DNA of 64,000 bases from Planktothrix sp. GU0601_MAG3 (GTDB lineage Bacteria > Cyanobacteriota > Cyanobacteriia > Cyanobacteriales > Microcoleaceae). The position numbers and the translations under genes were made by a program. The notes under the pieces were generated by a model. The model ran no database searches and was not told where the DNA came from. It worked only from the letters and a program-made list of their open reading frames with translations. Shown in pieces: positions 42,756-59,213 of this stretch; position 1 is the first letter of the stretch, and every line of letters begins with the position of its first letter. Where the stretch lies: assembly GCA_035193785.1 (NCBI GenBank), contig CP136572.1:224001-288000 (forward strand). The letters run 5' to 3'.

Positions 42756-44610
42756 TTACCAGTGGGGGTTATCTTGCAATAACGCTTTAGCCGCACCCGC
42801 ATCTAAAGGACGGGCGAAGAAATAACCCTGTCCTTCCTCACAGCCTAAATTTTTCAGCAGGGACAACTGTTTCTGCGGTTTCTACCCCTTCGGCGGTAAC
42901 GGTCATATTTAGATGATGGCCGAGGGTAATAATAGCTTGAATAATTTCCAAATTTTGACGAGTTTCACTAATTCGTTGAATAAAAGATCGATCAATTTTT
43001 AAATTATGTAAGGGAAATCGATGTAAATAACTTAGGGATGAATACCCCGTGCCAAAATCATCAATACTTAACTGAATATCTCGGTCTCTGAGTTGTTGTA
43101 AAAGTTCGGCGCCTGATTCGGGATGTTCCATGATGGCACTTTCGGTAATTTCCAATTTCAAATAACTGCTATTTAACTGGGTTTGCAAAATAATTTTATC
43201 AATATTTTGGATTAAATTAAGTTGAGAAAACTGTTTCACAGATAAATTAACACTCATTTTAATTTTATGTTTAGATAAACCCTGATCTTGCCAGGTTTTC
43301 AACTGCTGACAGGCTTCTTTTAAAACCCATAAACCGATGGGAACAATTAATCCAGTTTCTTCGGCTGCGGGAATAAAATCTCCGGGGGATATTAGACCTT
43401 TTTTACCATGATGCCACCTTAATAATGCTTCAAATCCGTTAATTCTTCCCGTGGCTAAGGAGATAATTGGTTGATAATATAAGATAAATTCTTGACGGTG
43501 TAATGCCAATCTTAAATCTGTTTCTAATTCCAAACGTTGTTGGGCATGAAGGTGCATTTGGGTATCAAAAATTTGATATCGAGCCTTTCCTTTGGCTTTG
43601 GCTTGATACATGGCAATATCCGCATCTCTTAGAAGATGTTCCGGTTCTTGATAGGTTTTATTCCCCACCACAATCCCAATACTGGCATTAATAAATAATT
43701 CCTGTTCCTCAAATTGAAACGGCCAACTCATGGAGGTTTGGATTTTTTGAGCTAAACGACTAGCATCATCAATATCTTGAATATTTTCTAATAAAATAGT
43801 AAACTCATCCCCCCCAAACCTAGCTAACATATCCGTAGAGGATAAATGGGTTTTCAGGCGGCGGGCGATCGCAATTAATAGCCGATCTCCGGCAAAATGT
43901 CCCAGGGAATCATTCACCACTTTAAACCGATCGCAATCCAAAAATAAAACTCCAAATTGATAATTAGGTTCCCGTTGGGTGCGTTGTAATGCCTGGATCA
44001 GTCGATTCATAAACAGAAACCCGATTGGGCAAATTGGTGAGGGCATCATGGGATGCAATATGTAGTAATCGGGTTTGGGTTTTCTGATGTTCTGTAATTT
44101 CTTTTTCTAGCTTGTAATTCAAGCCTTTTAATTGGGCATTGACAATTTCTAATTCTACCGTCCGAGATTGGACTCGCTGTTCTAATTTCTCATTCAGTTG
44201 TCGAACTTCAGCCCGGGCAAATTGTAAGGCTATTTGATTCTCAATCCGCGCTACTACTTCTTCAAATTGAAAGGGTTTAGTAATATAATCCACCCCGCCC
44301 ACTTGAAAGGCTTTGACTTTATCAATCACTTCATTCAAAGCACTTAAAAAAATCACCGGGATATCACGGGTTTGTTCATTTGCCTTCAGGAATTGACACA
44401 CGGCATAACCGTCCATATCGGTCATTTTGATATCTAATAAAATCAAATCCGGTGGCAGAGTTTGTACGGCCATAATTGCCATTTGTCCATTCATTACCCC
44501 CCGAACTTTATATCCCATTTGGATTAAAGTATTCGATAACAGACGTAGATTTTCTAGGGTGTCATCTACAATTAAAATATCGGCTTTAAAAGATCGATTG
44601 AAAGAATGAT

Positions 44611-44614
<4 letters not shown>
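42756..44614 (-). CDS. REC-GGDEF-EAL c-di-GMP enzyme (frameshifts ~44017, ~42858)
   Basis: REC domain, HDALTNLPNR, RFGGDEF, FEALLRW, DDFGTGYSS. Confidence 0.9.
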
Positions 44615-47371
<2,757 letters not shown>

Positions 47372-47632
47372 TCATAAATCAAACTTTTTTTGTGAATTGC
47401 GATCGCGGTCAAATTGAATCAATAATATTTTATAGCGCTATGGGCTAGGCAACACTAAAACACCGGAATAGTAGATTACAAGGTTTAGTATTCTCCCAAC
47501 CTGAATGGTTAGCACTATAACCTATTGACAAGGAGGTAGTAGACAGTTTCTCAAACTGTCCATGATGGTTGAGGGGTTTTGTGGCTCACAAGTAAAATAG
47601 GATTAACAATAACCCCCAAGGCGGTAACTATT

Positions 47633-47917
47633 ATGAGCAACAAACAAATGTTGGCACAAAAAGATACTTCAGCTTGGATTCTTCAAGTTTGGCTATCTTT
47701 TATTCTGGCTGTATCTACAACTGCTGTTGGAATTGCTTACCTTCCTGTTGATATTTGGGTGAAGGGATTTATGGGTATGGGTTTAACTTTTTCGGTGGGG
47801 TCTTCCTTTACTTTAGCTAAAACTGTTCGAGATAATTATGAAGCGGACAAATTATTATCTAAAGTTGATCAAGCTAAGTTAGAAAAGTTATTAGCTGAAT
47901 ATAACCCGATGAAGTGA
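47633..47917 (+). CDS. YiaA/B two-helix membrane protein
   Basis: GIAYLPVDIWVKGF, FTLAKTVRD. Confidence 0.85.
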   Translation: MSNKQMLAQKDTSAWILQVWLSFILAVSTTAVGIAYLPVDIWVKGFMGMGLTFSVGSSFTLAKTVRDNYEADKLLSKVDQAKLEKLLAEYNPMK

Positions 47918-47987
47918 TTTAGGAGGTTAATTAACCATTACAATATAATAGATTAAAAGTCGTCAGGCGCGACTTTTGACCCATTTT

Positions 47988-48451
47988 TGTAGGGGCGGGT
48001 TCGCCTTAATCCCAATGCACCCAACCCCAACCTTGATAAACCCGCCCCACCCACTATTCAAACTCCTTTTTTTGACTTATAGGTTTTAAATAAAGGGTTA
48101 AGAAAAAATTTAGAGTGATTTGATTCTTTTATTTTTTGGAAACTCATCCAAAATACTCAAAACTGGTAGAGGATATTCTTGATGAAAGATGGTCTGATTT
48201 AGTAGAGTGTGGACAAGAAAATGATCGTAATGCGATTATGGAGGTTATAGAAGAAGTGATCCAATACTTAACTGACATGATAAAGGAAATGAGGGCGAGT
48301 GGAGTTGATAGAATCAATAATGTTTAACAAAATAACAGTTGAATAATCTGCAATATCAATTTTTCTTATATTTGCTTGTCAGTCAGGCTTGGGACGGGTT
48401 TAGTAATATTGGGGTGAAGTGACAAAGCTCTGGGAGAACCCGCCCCTACAA
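47988..48451. repeat. Pair of inverted GTAG-REP-like elements (GTAGGGGCGGGTT...AACCCGCCCC) flanking a small ORF
   Basis: 47988-48048 and 48390-48451; related copy at 49771-49834. Confidence 0.65.
48136..48327 (+). CDS. Small hypothetical protein or gene fragment
   Basis: TTG-start 63-aa ORF only. Confidence 0.3.
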   Translation: METHPKYSKLVEDILDERWSDLVECGQENDRNAIMEVIEEVIQYLTDMIKEMRASGVDRINNV

Positions 48452-48614
48452 TTTTTTAAAAATTCGTAAAAATATGATGAGATGATGCCGATAGATTTAC
48501 TGTTTGAATTTATTATATCAAAGATTAAAATAGGCAAAAGAAGAATATTCTCCTTTTGCCCAATACCAATTAAATGAATATAAAAAAAGGCAGTTTTAGC
48601 CCGCCAGAAATCAG

Positions 48615-49074
48615 TTATTCGGTTAAAGAATTATCTTGTTTCCGTTTTTGTTTCTGACGTTTCCGGTTAGCCAAACCCGCTTCCACAGGGAAACCAACCA
48701 CAGGAATTACCTGATCTTGACGTTCTGCTTCCAAACGTTTCAGTTCAGCATAATTAACCCAATTAATACAATTAACCGGACAAGTATCAATGGCTTCCTG
48801 TATTAACGTGGATGTATCGCCATCCTGTCTAAATACCCGCGCTCGACCATAATCTTCCTGAATAAAAAAAGTATTACGAGCGACGTGGGAACAGTGTTTA
48901 CACCCAATACAGGTGAGTTCATCCACATAAACCCCTTTTTGCTGCAATGCACCGCCGAGTTTCCGGTTCTAGTCCAGAACGTTCCGGTGCACTTCGCAAA
49001 AATCCGCCCAATTCCGGTTCTAGTCCAGAACGCTCGGAAACGGGATCACTTAGCGATACAGACCCATCAGACAT
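48615..49074 (-). CDS. Ferredoxin (Fer4_13-like) with duplicated ERSGLEPELGG N-terminal motif (frameshift ~48960)
   Basis: VYVDELTCIGCKHC...AIDTCPVNCI; ATG overlaps the stop of the upstream gene. Confidence 0.88.
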
Positions 49075-49460
49075 TAGGCACTCCAACGTTGTAAAACTAA
49101 GCGGATGGAACCATCTTGATGATTTTGTTGTTCAGCAACTTGAAACCCTTGTTTGGTGGTTTCATTCACAACGGTGTGGTAAGCATAGCGTTGAGTGATT
49201 TTACTCAAAAACCGATCAACGGGAACTGCTTGTTGCCAAAATTGTAAATCAGCAACAAACTCATATTCTTGGCCATTCCAAGTAAAGCCCAGGTCATAAC
49301 CATTGTCTTGTTCAATCACCACTTGAGCGGGACGGGTTTGACCTTGATAACCGCGCACCTCTTTGGGGCCAGCTTTCCAGTCAATGCCCAGATCACTTAA
49401 AGCAGTTTCTAATGAGGTCAGATTCCGAATTTGGGTTTTGATTTGGCTAAAGTGTGACAT
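49074..49460 (-). CDS. ycf35: Ycf35/DUF1257 family protein
   Basis: MSHFSQIKT, VRGYQGQ, ADLQFW, QRYAY. Confidence 0.88.
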   Translation of the reverse strand: MSHFSQIKTQIRNLTSLETALSDLGIDWKAGPKEVRGYQGQTRPAQVVIEQDNGYDLGFTWNGQEYEFVADLQFWQQAVPVDRFLSKITQRYAYHTVVNETTKQGFQVAEQQNHQDGSIRLVLQRWSA

Positions 49461-49506
49461 AGTTAGCTATTTTTAACGAGATTTTCAGTTAACTCAAAAA
49501 CAGAAT

Positions 49507-49716
49507 TTACCAATGGCTCGAACCGACTTGGGTTGTCGCGGTCTCGGACTGTTGTTGGGTACGGGCGTAATATTCAGAAGTGGTCTCCTGAGTTAGTACG
49601 ATACCCAATTCGGCCTCGATAGCCGCGGTTACTTCCGCACAGGAAGACCCAACAATGCCAGTAACCTTTTCCTGCACTCGGCCATCTGGATAGATGATGA
49701 ATTCTAAGGTTTCCAT
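49507..49716 (-). CDS. DUF2997 family protein
   Basis: LEFIIYPDGRVQEKVTGIVGSSC; usual partner of DUF1257. Confidence 0.85.
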   Translation of the reverse strand: METLEFIIYPDGRVQEKVTGIVGSSCAEVTAAIEAELGIVLTQETTSEYYARTQQQSETATTQVGSSHW

Positions 49717-50205
49717 AATGCTAGGGCTAGGGGAATGGCGGGGAAATACACCGACGGTTGACTATCAACTTGTACGGGCAGGGTTTTTGGGGTCTTTGTG
49801 AATTAATCACAATCGCCGATGAACCCACCCCTACGACTGTTGACTAACTGATGATCCTTTTGTTGATCAGGCGTTTGACTCTAAAAGTCCGTACATCAAT
49901 TTTGACGAATGGAGTAAAAAAGAGTCACAACTTAACAAAAGTTATTAATACTTGAGGCAGTAGATCGATTATATGTTAACTTTGTTTTAAATTTATGATC
50001 TCGGTCTTAAGAAAATCCTCAGAAACCTCTATAATCTGGGGAGGACTACTGATGAGCTTTTTTTCTATAGCAACCCGCTCCGAGGTTGTAAAATTTTTTG
50101 GGTTGGGTTTGGTCTCCAAACCCCTACGGTTCTGAAAACAACTCAATTAGGATTGTTCTATAATCTTTGGTGATTGCCACCGCACCGTTATTACCCCCAA
50201 CCTTT

Positions 50206-52537
50206 ATGCAGCTTGCTCCCAAACCTCTAACCAACGAAACCTTAACCCCACCCCCAACCGAAACGATTATTTTAGATGTGTCCCAGATGCAGTGTGCGGG
50301 CTGTGTGAAAGCGGTGGAAACGTCAACTACTCCAACAGTCGGGGGTGATTTCTGTTTCTGTGAATTTAGCGACGGAAGTAGCAAGGGTTGAATGTGTGGC
50401 GAACCAACTCAACCCAGAAAATCTGGCTGAAATTTTAACTAATACCGGGTTTCCTACCCAACTCCGTAATTTAACGTCTTCGGCGACGGACAAATTAAAG
50501 GCGCTACAAGACCGACATCGCCAGGACATGGGAAAACAAATTCAACGTATTGTTACCTGTGGTCTGTTGTTATTATTATCCAGTATTGGACATTTACATC
50601 ATCTTGGCTTTCCCCATATTCATCTATTAAGTAATATTTGGTTTCATTGGGGACTCGCCACCATTGCCTTATTATTTCCCGCCCGTTCTATTATTATTGA
50701 TGGCGGACGCAGTTTATTAAACAATTCCCCCAATATGAATACCTTGGTGGGACTGGGAACTGTTACGGCCTATTTAACCAGTTTTGTTGCCTTATTATTT
50801 CCCCAATTGGGTTGGGAATGTTTCTTTGATGAACCTGTAATGTTATTGGGGTTTATTTTATTAGGAAAAACCCTAGAACAGCACGCTCGACAACGAGCCG
50901 CCACCGCCTTTCAATCTTTAATTGCTTTACAACCAACTACGGCCCGTTTAGTTGCACCTAAATCTCAACATGAGGGGATTTTAAATGGTGTAGAAATTCC
51001 CGCCGAACAAGTGAAAGTGGGGGAATGGTTACAAGTATTACCCGGGGAAAAAATACCCGTTGATGGCGAAATTAGGTTCGGGACAACTACCGTTGATGAA
51101 TCGATGTTAACGGGGGAATCCATGCCGATTTTAAAACAAATTGGTGATGATATTTCGGCAGGAACTATGAATCAAACGGGGGTGATTTTAATTGAAGCCA
51201 CCCGCACGGGTTCCGATACTATTTTAGCCCAAATTGTACAATTAGTTGAAACTGCCCAAACTCGCAAAGCCCCGATTCAGAAATTAGCGGATATTGTAGC
51301 AGGATATTTTACCTATTTGGTGATGAGTTTAGCGGGTTTAACCTTTCTATTTTGGTACGGGTTAGGAACTCGCATCTGGCCGGATGTCATCCCCTTAGCC
51401 GGAATAGAAATAGCCACCAATGCTCCTTTATTATTAAGTTTGAAATTAGCCATTGCCGTATTAGTAATTGCCTGTCCCTGTGCCTTGGGATTAGCCACAC
51501 CCACGGCTATTTTAGTCGGTTCGGGCATGGGTGCAGAACGGGGATTATTAATCAAAGGCGGGGATATTTTAGAACGGGTACATCAACTGAATACCGTTGT
51601 TTTTGATAAGACGGGAACCTTAACCACCGGTTCTCCCAGAGTTACAGATTGTATGACTATTTCTGAGTTATCACCACAACAAATAGTACAATTAGCGGCA
51701 ACAGTAGAACAGGGTTCAAATCATCCTATTTCTGAAGCAATTTTAAGGGAAGCAAAAGACCAGGACTTATCGTTATTAATCGGATCAAATTTTCAAACCG
51801 AACCGGGTTTAGGGGTTTCGGCTATGATAGATAATCAAACTATATTTGTCGGCAATTTGGCTGGATTAATTGAACATAAAATTAACTGTCCTGAAACCTT
51901 ACCAGAATTTTTAGGAAAAACCCTAGTTTATGTTACAATAGATGGTAAAGTTGTCGGGTTGATGGCAATGAGTGACCCCCTGAAAAGTGATTCTAAATCA
52001 ACGGTTGCACAGTTACAGAAAATGGGGTTACGGGTAATTTTATTAACGGGCGATCGCCCATCCGTTGCCGAAGCGATCGCATTTGAGTTAAACTTAAACT
52101 CAGAGGATATATTTGCCGAAGTTCGACCGGAAGGGAAAGTTAATCTAATTCAAAGCCTACAACAACAGAATCAAGTTGTCGCCATGGTGGGAGATGGGAT
52201 TAACGATGCACCTGCTTTAGCCCAAGCTGATATTGGCATAGGGTTACAAACCGGGACGGATGTGGCGAATGAAACCGCAGATATTGTGTTAATGCGAAAT
52301 TCCTTAATTGATATTGTTGATTCTATCCAATTAAGTCGCGCCACCTTCAATAAAATTCGTCAAAATCTATTCTGGGCATTTGGTTATAATCTATTAGCAA
52401 TTCCCCTGGCGGCTGGATTATTATTCCCCCAATTTGGCATATTATTAAGTCCTTCCACCGCCGGGGCTTTAATGGCATTAAGCTCCGTTACTGTTGTTAC
52501 CAATTCCTTATTATTACGTCGTCAAGTTAAACGTTAG
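50206..52537 (+). CDS. Copper-translocating P1B-type ATPase, CtaA-like (frameshift ~50322)
   Basis: CAGC HMA motif, TGES, ACPCALGLATP, DKTGT, HP, GDGIND, YN. Confidence 0.92.
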
Positions 52538-52547
52538 GAAATCCGCG

Positions 52548-53465
52548 TTATTCTTCACTATCCTCCGCTTCTCCTTGTTCAATTTCTACTTCTTCTAGGG
52601 ATTGTCCATGTCTACTTAGTAAACGCCAAAGATCGTCATAGAAAAAGTAATCAATTGTTTGAATATGTTGTGAGAGCAAAGAGTCGCTAACCATATTGGG
52701 TCGAATATCACAATAATATACACCATCTAATGGGTTTAGCCTAATAGTGTAAGCTTTGAAATGTCCTGACAGAAAAGTTGAATTAATACCATATTTGTTT
52801 AATTGCTTTGTCTTCTTCCTTTGCACATCATTCAGAAAGATAGCAATGTGAGGTAGATTAGTAGCAGTTAACTTGTTGTACAGAAACTTATCTACAAAAA
52901 TTTTGTCGATCCGATCTTTACTTGAAGTTTTCACTGAACCAATAATTTTAAGCTCATCTTGTTCACTAATTAGTAAATCATGTTGATAACTCATATTAAA
53001 TAGGAATTCGCCGTTATCATCCTTAATTGGAACTTGTGCTGTTCCAGCAACACAGTCTATATTTAACTCCGAAATGATAAGGCGAATCAAACGCTCAAAA
53101 AGATCTCCATTTACCTTGCGGGATTGATTAGATTTTCCTGAAGCTAAAACTTGCCTTAACCGATTATCAGGCAACTCTCTATCTCTTTCTTTTAACTGTG
53201 TAAGAACTTGTAAAAATTGTACAGAAGCATCCTCAAAAATAGCTTGTTCATACATTAATAAGGTGTTAACGGGGCGTGTAATATTGTAGAAACCATCTTT
53301 CTGATACTGATAGAATTGGTAGTGATTTTCGTTCTGTGAAACTATTCTGGCTTGTAAACCTGTCTCAATAAACTGCAAATATCTTTTGCAGAAGTTGATA
53401 TAATCTTGAAGAGTTTGAAAACGTTTTTTATCAGTTGCATGATTAACTAAACTCGTTAAGCTCAT
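52548..53465 (-). CDS. Putative type II restriction endonuclease
   Basis: RKVNGDLFE...HD...SVKTSSKDR; ATGA-coupled to a methyltransferase. Confidence 0.7.
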   Translation of the reverse strand: MSLTSLVNHATDKKRFQTLQDYINFCKRYLQFIETGLQARIVSQNENHYQFYQYQKDGFYNITRPVNTLLMYEQAIFEDASVQFLQVLTQLKERDRELPDNRLRQVLASGKSNQSRKVNGDLFERLIRLIISELNIDCVAGTAQVPIKDDNGEFLFNMSYQHDLLISEQDELKIIGSVKTSSKDRIDKIFVDKFLYNKLTATNLPHIAIFLNDVQRKKTKQLNKYGINSTFLSGHFKAYTIRLNPLDGVYYCDIRPNMVSDSLLSQHIQTIDYFFYDDLWRLLSRHGQSLEEVEIEQGEAEDSEE

Positions 53466-54426
53466 CGTATAGACTCTCTCCTTTCGGCATTTTTACGATC
53501 AAAAGCAATCCATTCATCTTTTGTCATCCGGCGAACATTTTCTATACGTTCAAATGCCCAATCATTGTATTCCATATTCAGATCACAGCCCATCCACCGC
53601 CGATTTAGTTGTTCTGCGACCACGAGCGTTGTTCCTGACCCTGAAAATGGATCGATAACTAAATCCCCTTCATCAGAGGACGCAAGAACAAACTTTCTTA
53701 ATAGCTCTTCAGGTTTTTGTGTAGGGTGAGGTGTTGTCTCACCCATGCCATTACAAGTAGTAGGAATCTCTATTACATCTTTAGGTTTCGCACCTTTCGG
53801 ATTAGGTGTCCAATTATCACGCTTCTTCGTTGCCCCTTTTCCGTAAGCACTCGTTTCTGCTTGTGGGTGGGACGGATATTTTAACGTATGTGCGCCATAA
53901 GGAATTCGTACATCGTCCATGTTCAGTTTAACTTGATTAGATTTACGAAAATGAATAATACTTTCATGGGAACGTCCCCAATCATTACCTAAATTTGCTT
54001 TATTCTTGTAATGCCAAATTAACCAACGACAACTCTTGAAATACTTTGATGCTGGATGCTTTAGATCGGCTAAGATTTCAGAAAAACCACAAATGTAGAG
54101 AGAAAACCCGTTGATTTCAAAATACGCGAAGTTTCACTGATCCATTGAAGCGACCATTCAATGTACTGCTCTTGATTCTCGAAACTATCCCACTCAGCTT
54201 TTTTAATGTTGTAGGGCGGATCAGCAAAAACTAGGTCAATGCTCTCAGAATCAAGGGATTTGAGCCAATCAATTGAATCACCTTGATAAAGTTGCCCATG
54301 AGGGTGTGAATATTGCAGTTGAAATGCTTTAGTTAAAGGTTTTGATGATTGCTTCCTAATTGGCTGTGTTTCAACAAATTCTAGGGAAGGTTGCGTCATA
54401 CTTATTGACTGATCAGAACTGACCAA
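53462..54426 (-). CDS. Site-specific DNA methyltransferase, N4/N6 beta class (frameshift ~54105)
   Basis: FADPPY, HPTQKP, DPFSGSGTT. Confidence 0.92.
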
Positions 54427-54579
54427 TGTTAATTATTCCTCGCTATTGTGTTAACAAATAGAAAACAATTATACTAAACTTTTATACTGATGAACAACAG
54501 AATAACTTACACTGCCTAAAAAGGAAACAATCAGAAACCCGGTTTCTCATAGCAACCGGGTTTCTAACTCATTTTTCGA

Positions 54580-56066
<1,487 letters not shown>

Positions 56067-56203
56067 TAGAATATATTATCACAATTTTTGTTAATTGGGG
56101 AGAAATTAATCAAATCTTTGGGAATATCGGGAAAATTTGGGTGTAATTATACTTATCGAATCAAATGCTAATATAATGATTATTCTATCGCCTGTTAATC
56201 ACA

Positions 56204-56518
56204 ATGACCGTTGAAATCACTTATCCTCATATTGAAAAAAATCACGGACAACCCGCCCGTCTACAAAGAATTCCCCGCGTCCGTGTTGCCCAAATTGTTA
56301 TGGACTATCTGAGTTATGGATGGTCAGTTGAAGAAATGTGTCGTCAGCATCCCTATTTAAAATTATCAGAAGCTCATGCAGCGATGGGATATTATTTTGA
56401 TCATGTCGATGAAATTGATCAAGAAATTCGCGCTGAATGGGAACAATTTCAACAAGAAAAAGCGTTGATTTCTCCTTCTCCATTTTTTATCAAAATGAGA
56501 GCAAAAGGGGTATTATAA
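56204..56518 (+). CDS. DUF433 antitoxin
   Basis: RVRVAQIV...EEMCRQHPYL..SEAHAAMGYYFDH. Confidence 0.88.
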   Translation: MTVEITYPHIEKNHGQPARLQRIPRVRVAQIVMDYLSYGWSVEEMCRQHPYLKLSEAHAAMGYYFDHVDEIDQEIRAEWEQFQQEKALISPSPFFIKMRAKGVL

Positions 56519-56867
56519 GTGGCAATTAAGCTCTATATGGATGTTCATATTCCCCAAGCTATTACTGAACAACTTCGCCGTCGAAATATAGATGTACTAA
56601 CAGCTATTGAAGATGGTTGTGCCGAATTACCTGATTATCAACTTTTAGAAACGAACAAATCTTCTGGGACGGGTGCTTTTTACCCAAGATATCCGCTTTA
56701 AGGCAATGGCAGAAGATTGGCAACGTCAAGGCAAAACATTTACGGGATTAATATTCGGACATCAGCTTGGTGGTACAGTAGGTCAATTTGTTAAAGATTT
56801 AGAATTAATTGCCCTTGCTTCTAAATCTGAAGATTGGATAAATACGGTTGAGTATTTACCCTTTTAA
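56519..56867 (+). CDS. DUF5615 PIN-like toxin (frameshift ~56655)
   Basis: LYMDVHIP...LRRRNIDVLT; LFTQD..F. Confidence 0.85.
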
Positions 56868-56902
56868 AAATTGGTTTGGTGCGTGCACGGAGCTTACGCA
56901 CC

Positions 56903-58414
56903 CTACTTAGAGTTTCTAATATTATCCATTGCATTTTTATACCCATCCTCATTACCTTGTTGTCGATGCAGTTGCGCCCCTGTTTCCCAGTCTTCCCTCG
57001 CTTTTCGTTTATCTCCAACCATATAGAAAGCAATACCCCGATTGACGTAAGCAGAAGCATAATTAGGATCAATTTTAAGAGCCTTATCGTAATCAGATAT
57101 CGCCCCTTGATAGTCTTTTAAATCAGAGCGAGCATTACCCCGATTGTAGTAAGCAGAAACATAATTAGGATCAATTTTAAGAGCCTTATCGTAATCAGAT
57201 ATCGCCCCTTGATTGTCTTTTAAATTACGACGAGCAACACCCCGATTGTTGTAAGCAATAGCATTATTAGGATCGATTTTAAGAGCCTTATCGTAATCAG
57301 ATATCGCCCCTTGATAGTCTTTTAAATTAGAGCGAACAACACCCCGATTGTAGTAAGCAATAGCATAATTAGAATCAATTTTAAGAGCTTTATCGTAATC
57401 GGATATCGCCCCTTGATAGTCTTTTAAATAATAGCGAGCAGTACCCGATAAATATAGGCATTTGCGTTATCAGAATTAACGTTGATAACCTTAGTAAAAT
57501 CATCAAGAGCAGCGCGATAATTGCCTTGACTAAAATTAGCAGCACCTCTAGCATAGTAATCATCAGCCGTGCTAGGATTATTCAGGTTAGCAACTCGACT
57601 CTTGGCGGTATTATTAACCGTAACCGTTGTATTTCCTTGACGGATTTGGGGTTTGAGGGCGATAAAAGTATTAATCGGAATCGCATAATTAATCCCCGTT
57701 TTGACGGAAATAAATTGTCCAGTAGGTTGATCATTACTATCATAAATCGGACGCGGTTCTATCCCCCCCTGTCCATGAATTCCAATCACTCGCCCTTCAC
57801 TATCAAATACAGGGCCACCACTCATCCCAGCCCAGGTCAAGGCGCTATAATTGATGGTGTAGCCGCCGGGTTTGCGTTGGGGTAAATTGGTAATTGCCCC
57901 TTGGGTAAATTGGGGTTCTCGTTCCACTCCGAAACGTCCACCTAACCCGGGAAATCCATAAACCCAGATAAATGTTCCCTGGATAAGTTGATTAGAGTCT
58001 CCTAAAATAGCGGCGGAATAGTTATCAGAAGTGGTAAAGGTTAGAATTGCTAAATCCGGGCTATTGTCGTTAGTTTGGAATGGTTGGACAAAGTTAGCGG
58101 TATAGGTTTTGCGTTGAGAGGTGGTAATATTATAGGATCGGTTAGTATTGCAATTGTTAACAAAAGTTTTGGGTTCACAAACGACATGATGATTGGTTAA
58201 AACCGTGTAGGTATTGCCATCTTTAGCAATAATTACCCCAGTTTCCGCCACCGTTATCACTATTAATTTGAACGGTAACGGGAACAGCGATTTTGTAAAC
58301 TTCATCGCCAGTTTTAGCATAAACCGCCACGCTTTGACTAATAACAATAGCCGCAACGGTAGCGCTTCCGGTTAATAGATGGGCGAGTGAATCAAAACCC
58401 CTGGTCAGTGCCAT
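56903..58414 (-). CDS. Trypsin-like serine protease with C-terminal TPRs (frameshifts ~58243, ~57446)
   Basis: LTNHHV, DLAIL, GMSGGPV; YYNRG...KDYQGAISDYDKALKIDP repeats. Confidence 0.88.
57035..57440. repeat. Four near-identical 102-bp tandem repeats encoding TPR units
   Basis: TAAGAGCCTTATCGTAATCAGATATCGCCCCTTGA recurs every 102 bp. Confidence 0.9.
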
Positions 58415-58528
58415 AATTGTTAATCCGTGATGGTCGAATCCTTTATTAAGGATCATTCTAACTCAACCGTTCAAGAATTGCATCAGTATTTTCACTGAAT
58501 AGGAATGTTCTTAATATTTCCCCTAACC

Positions 58529-59105
58529 CTACGGGTGATTGAATTCTAAAACATCTTCATAAATTTCTGATACCTGACAACTAAAATTAATACTTTCTAA
58601 TTGTATCTGTTGATTTTGTTGATAGGTAAATAATACCCAACGCCCCTCTTGATTTTGTCTAAAACATTCAACGTTAATTTGATTTTGACTAATTAACACA
58701 TATTCTTGTAACGTTTCAATCTGTCGATAGTCGGCAAATTTATCCCCCCGATTAAATGCTTCGGTTGAGGGAGATAATACCTCAATAATTAAACTAGGAT
58801 ATTGTTTAAAATAACCATTATTTTGGTCGCGGGAGTCGCAAGTTACCATAACATCAGGATAATAATAAGTATCGGCGGTTTTAATATGAACTTTCATATT
58901 ACCGATATAAGCTCGACATCCTGTTTCCCCGAACTTTATTTTTAATTAAAGCAAATAAGTTTCCTGCTATAGTTTCATGGGCATCACTTCCCCCAACCAT
59001 TGCATAGACTTCTCCCCGAATATATTCATGGCGAATAGGGCTAATTTTTTCGCCTTCGAGATAATCTTGATGAGAAATTTTATAATCAGAAGGATTGACA
59101 ATCAT
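58529..59105 (-). CDS. Uma2-family endonuclease (frameshift ~58925)
   Basis: RHEYIRGEVYAM.GGS, YYPDVMV, IIEVLSPSTE. Confidence 0.9.
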
Positions 59106-59213
59106 AATTAAAATCCCAGCAAACAGAACTCCATTATAACTCAATACTAATTAATTGATTAATATTACCTTGTTATGGCTTTATTAATGTTCTTTAGTCG
59201 ATATTAAAATAAG

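Noticed and set aside
49920..49995. Possible RpaB (HLR1) site between DUF2997 and the Cu-ATPase
   Set aside because: Half-sites are degenerate and not at the 10-bp spacing
57035..57440. Regular repeats as a second CRISPR array or DGR template/variable pair
   Set aside because: Period is exactly 102 bp (34-aa TPR), in frame with the protease, with no unique spacers and no reverse transcriptase nearby
57526..57885. Short antisense or alternative-frame ORFs in the track (also 1935, 5541, 8936, 16558, 17832, 20377, 21636, 29913, 35517, 51313, 55556 and others)
   Set aside because: Shadow ORFs overlapping well-supported genes, with no recognisable motifs
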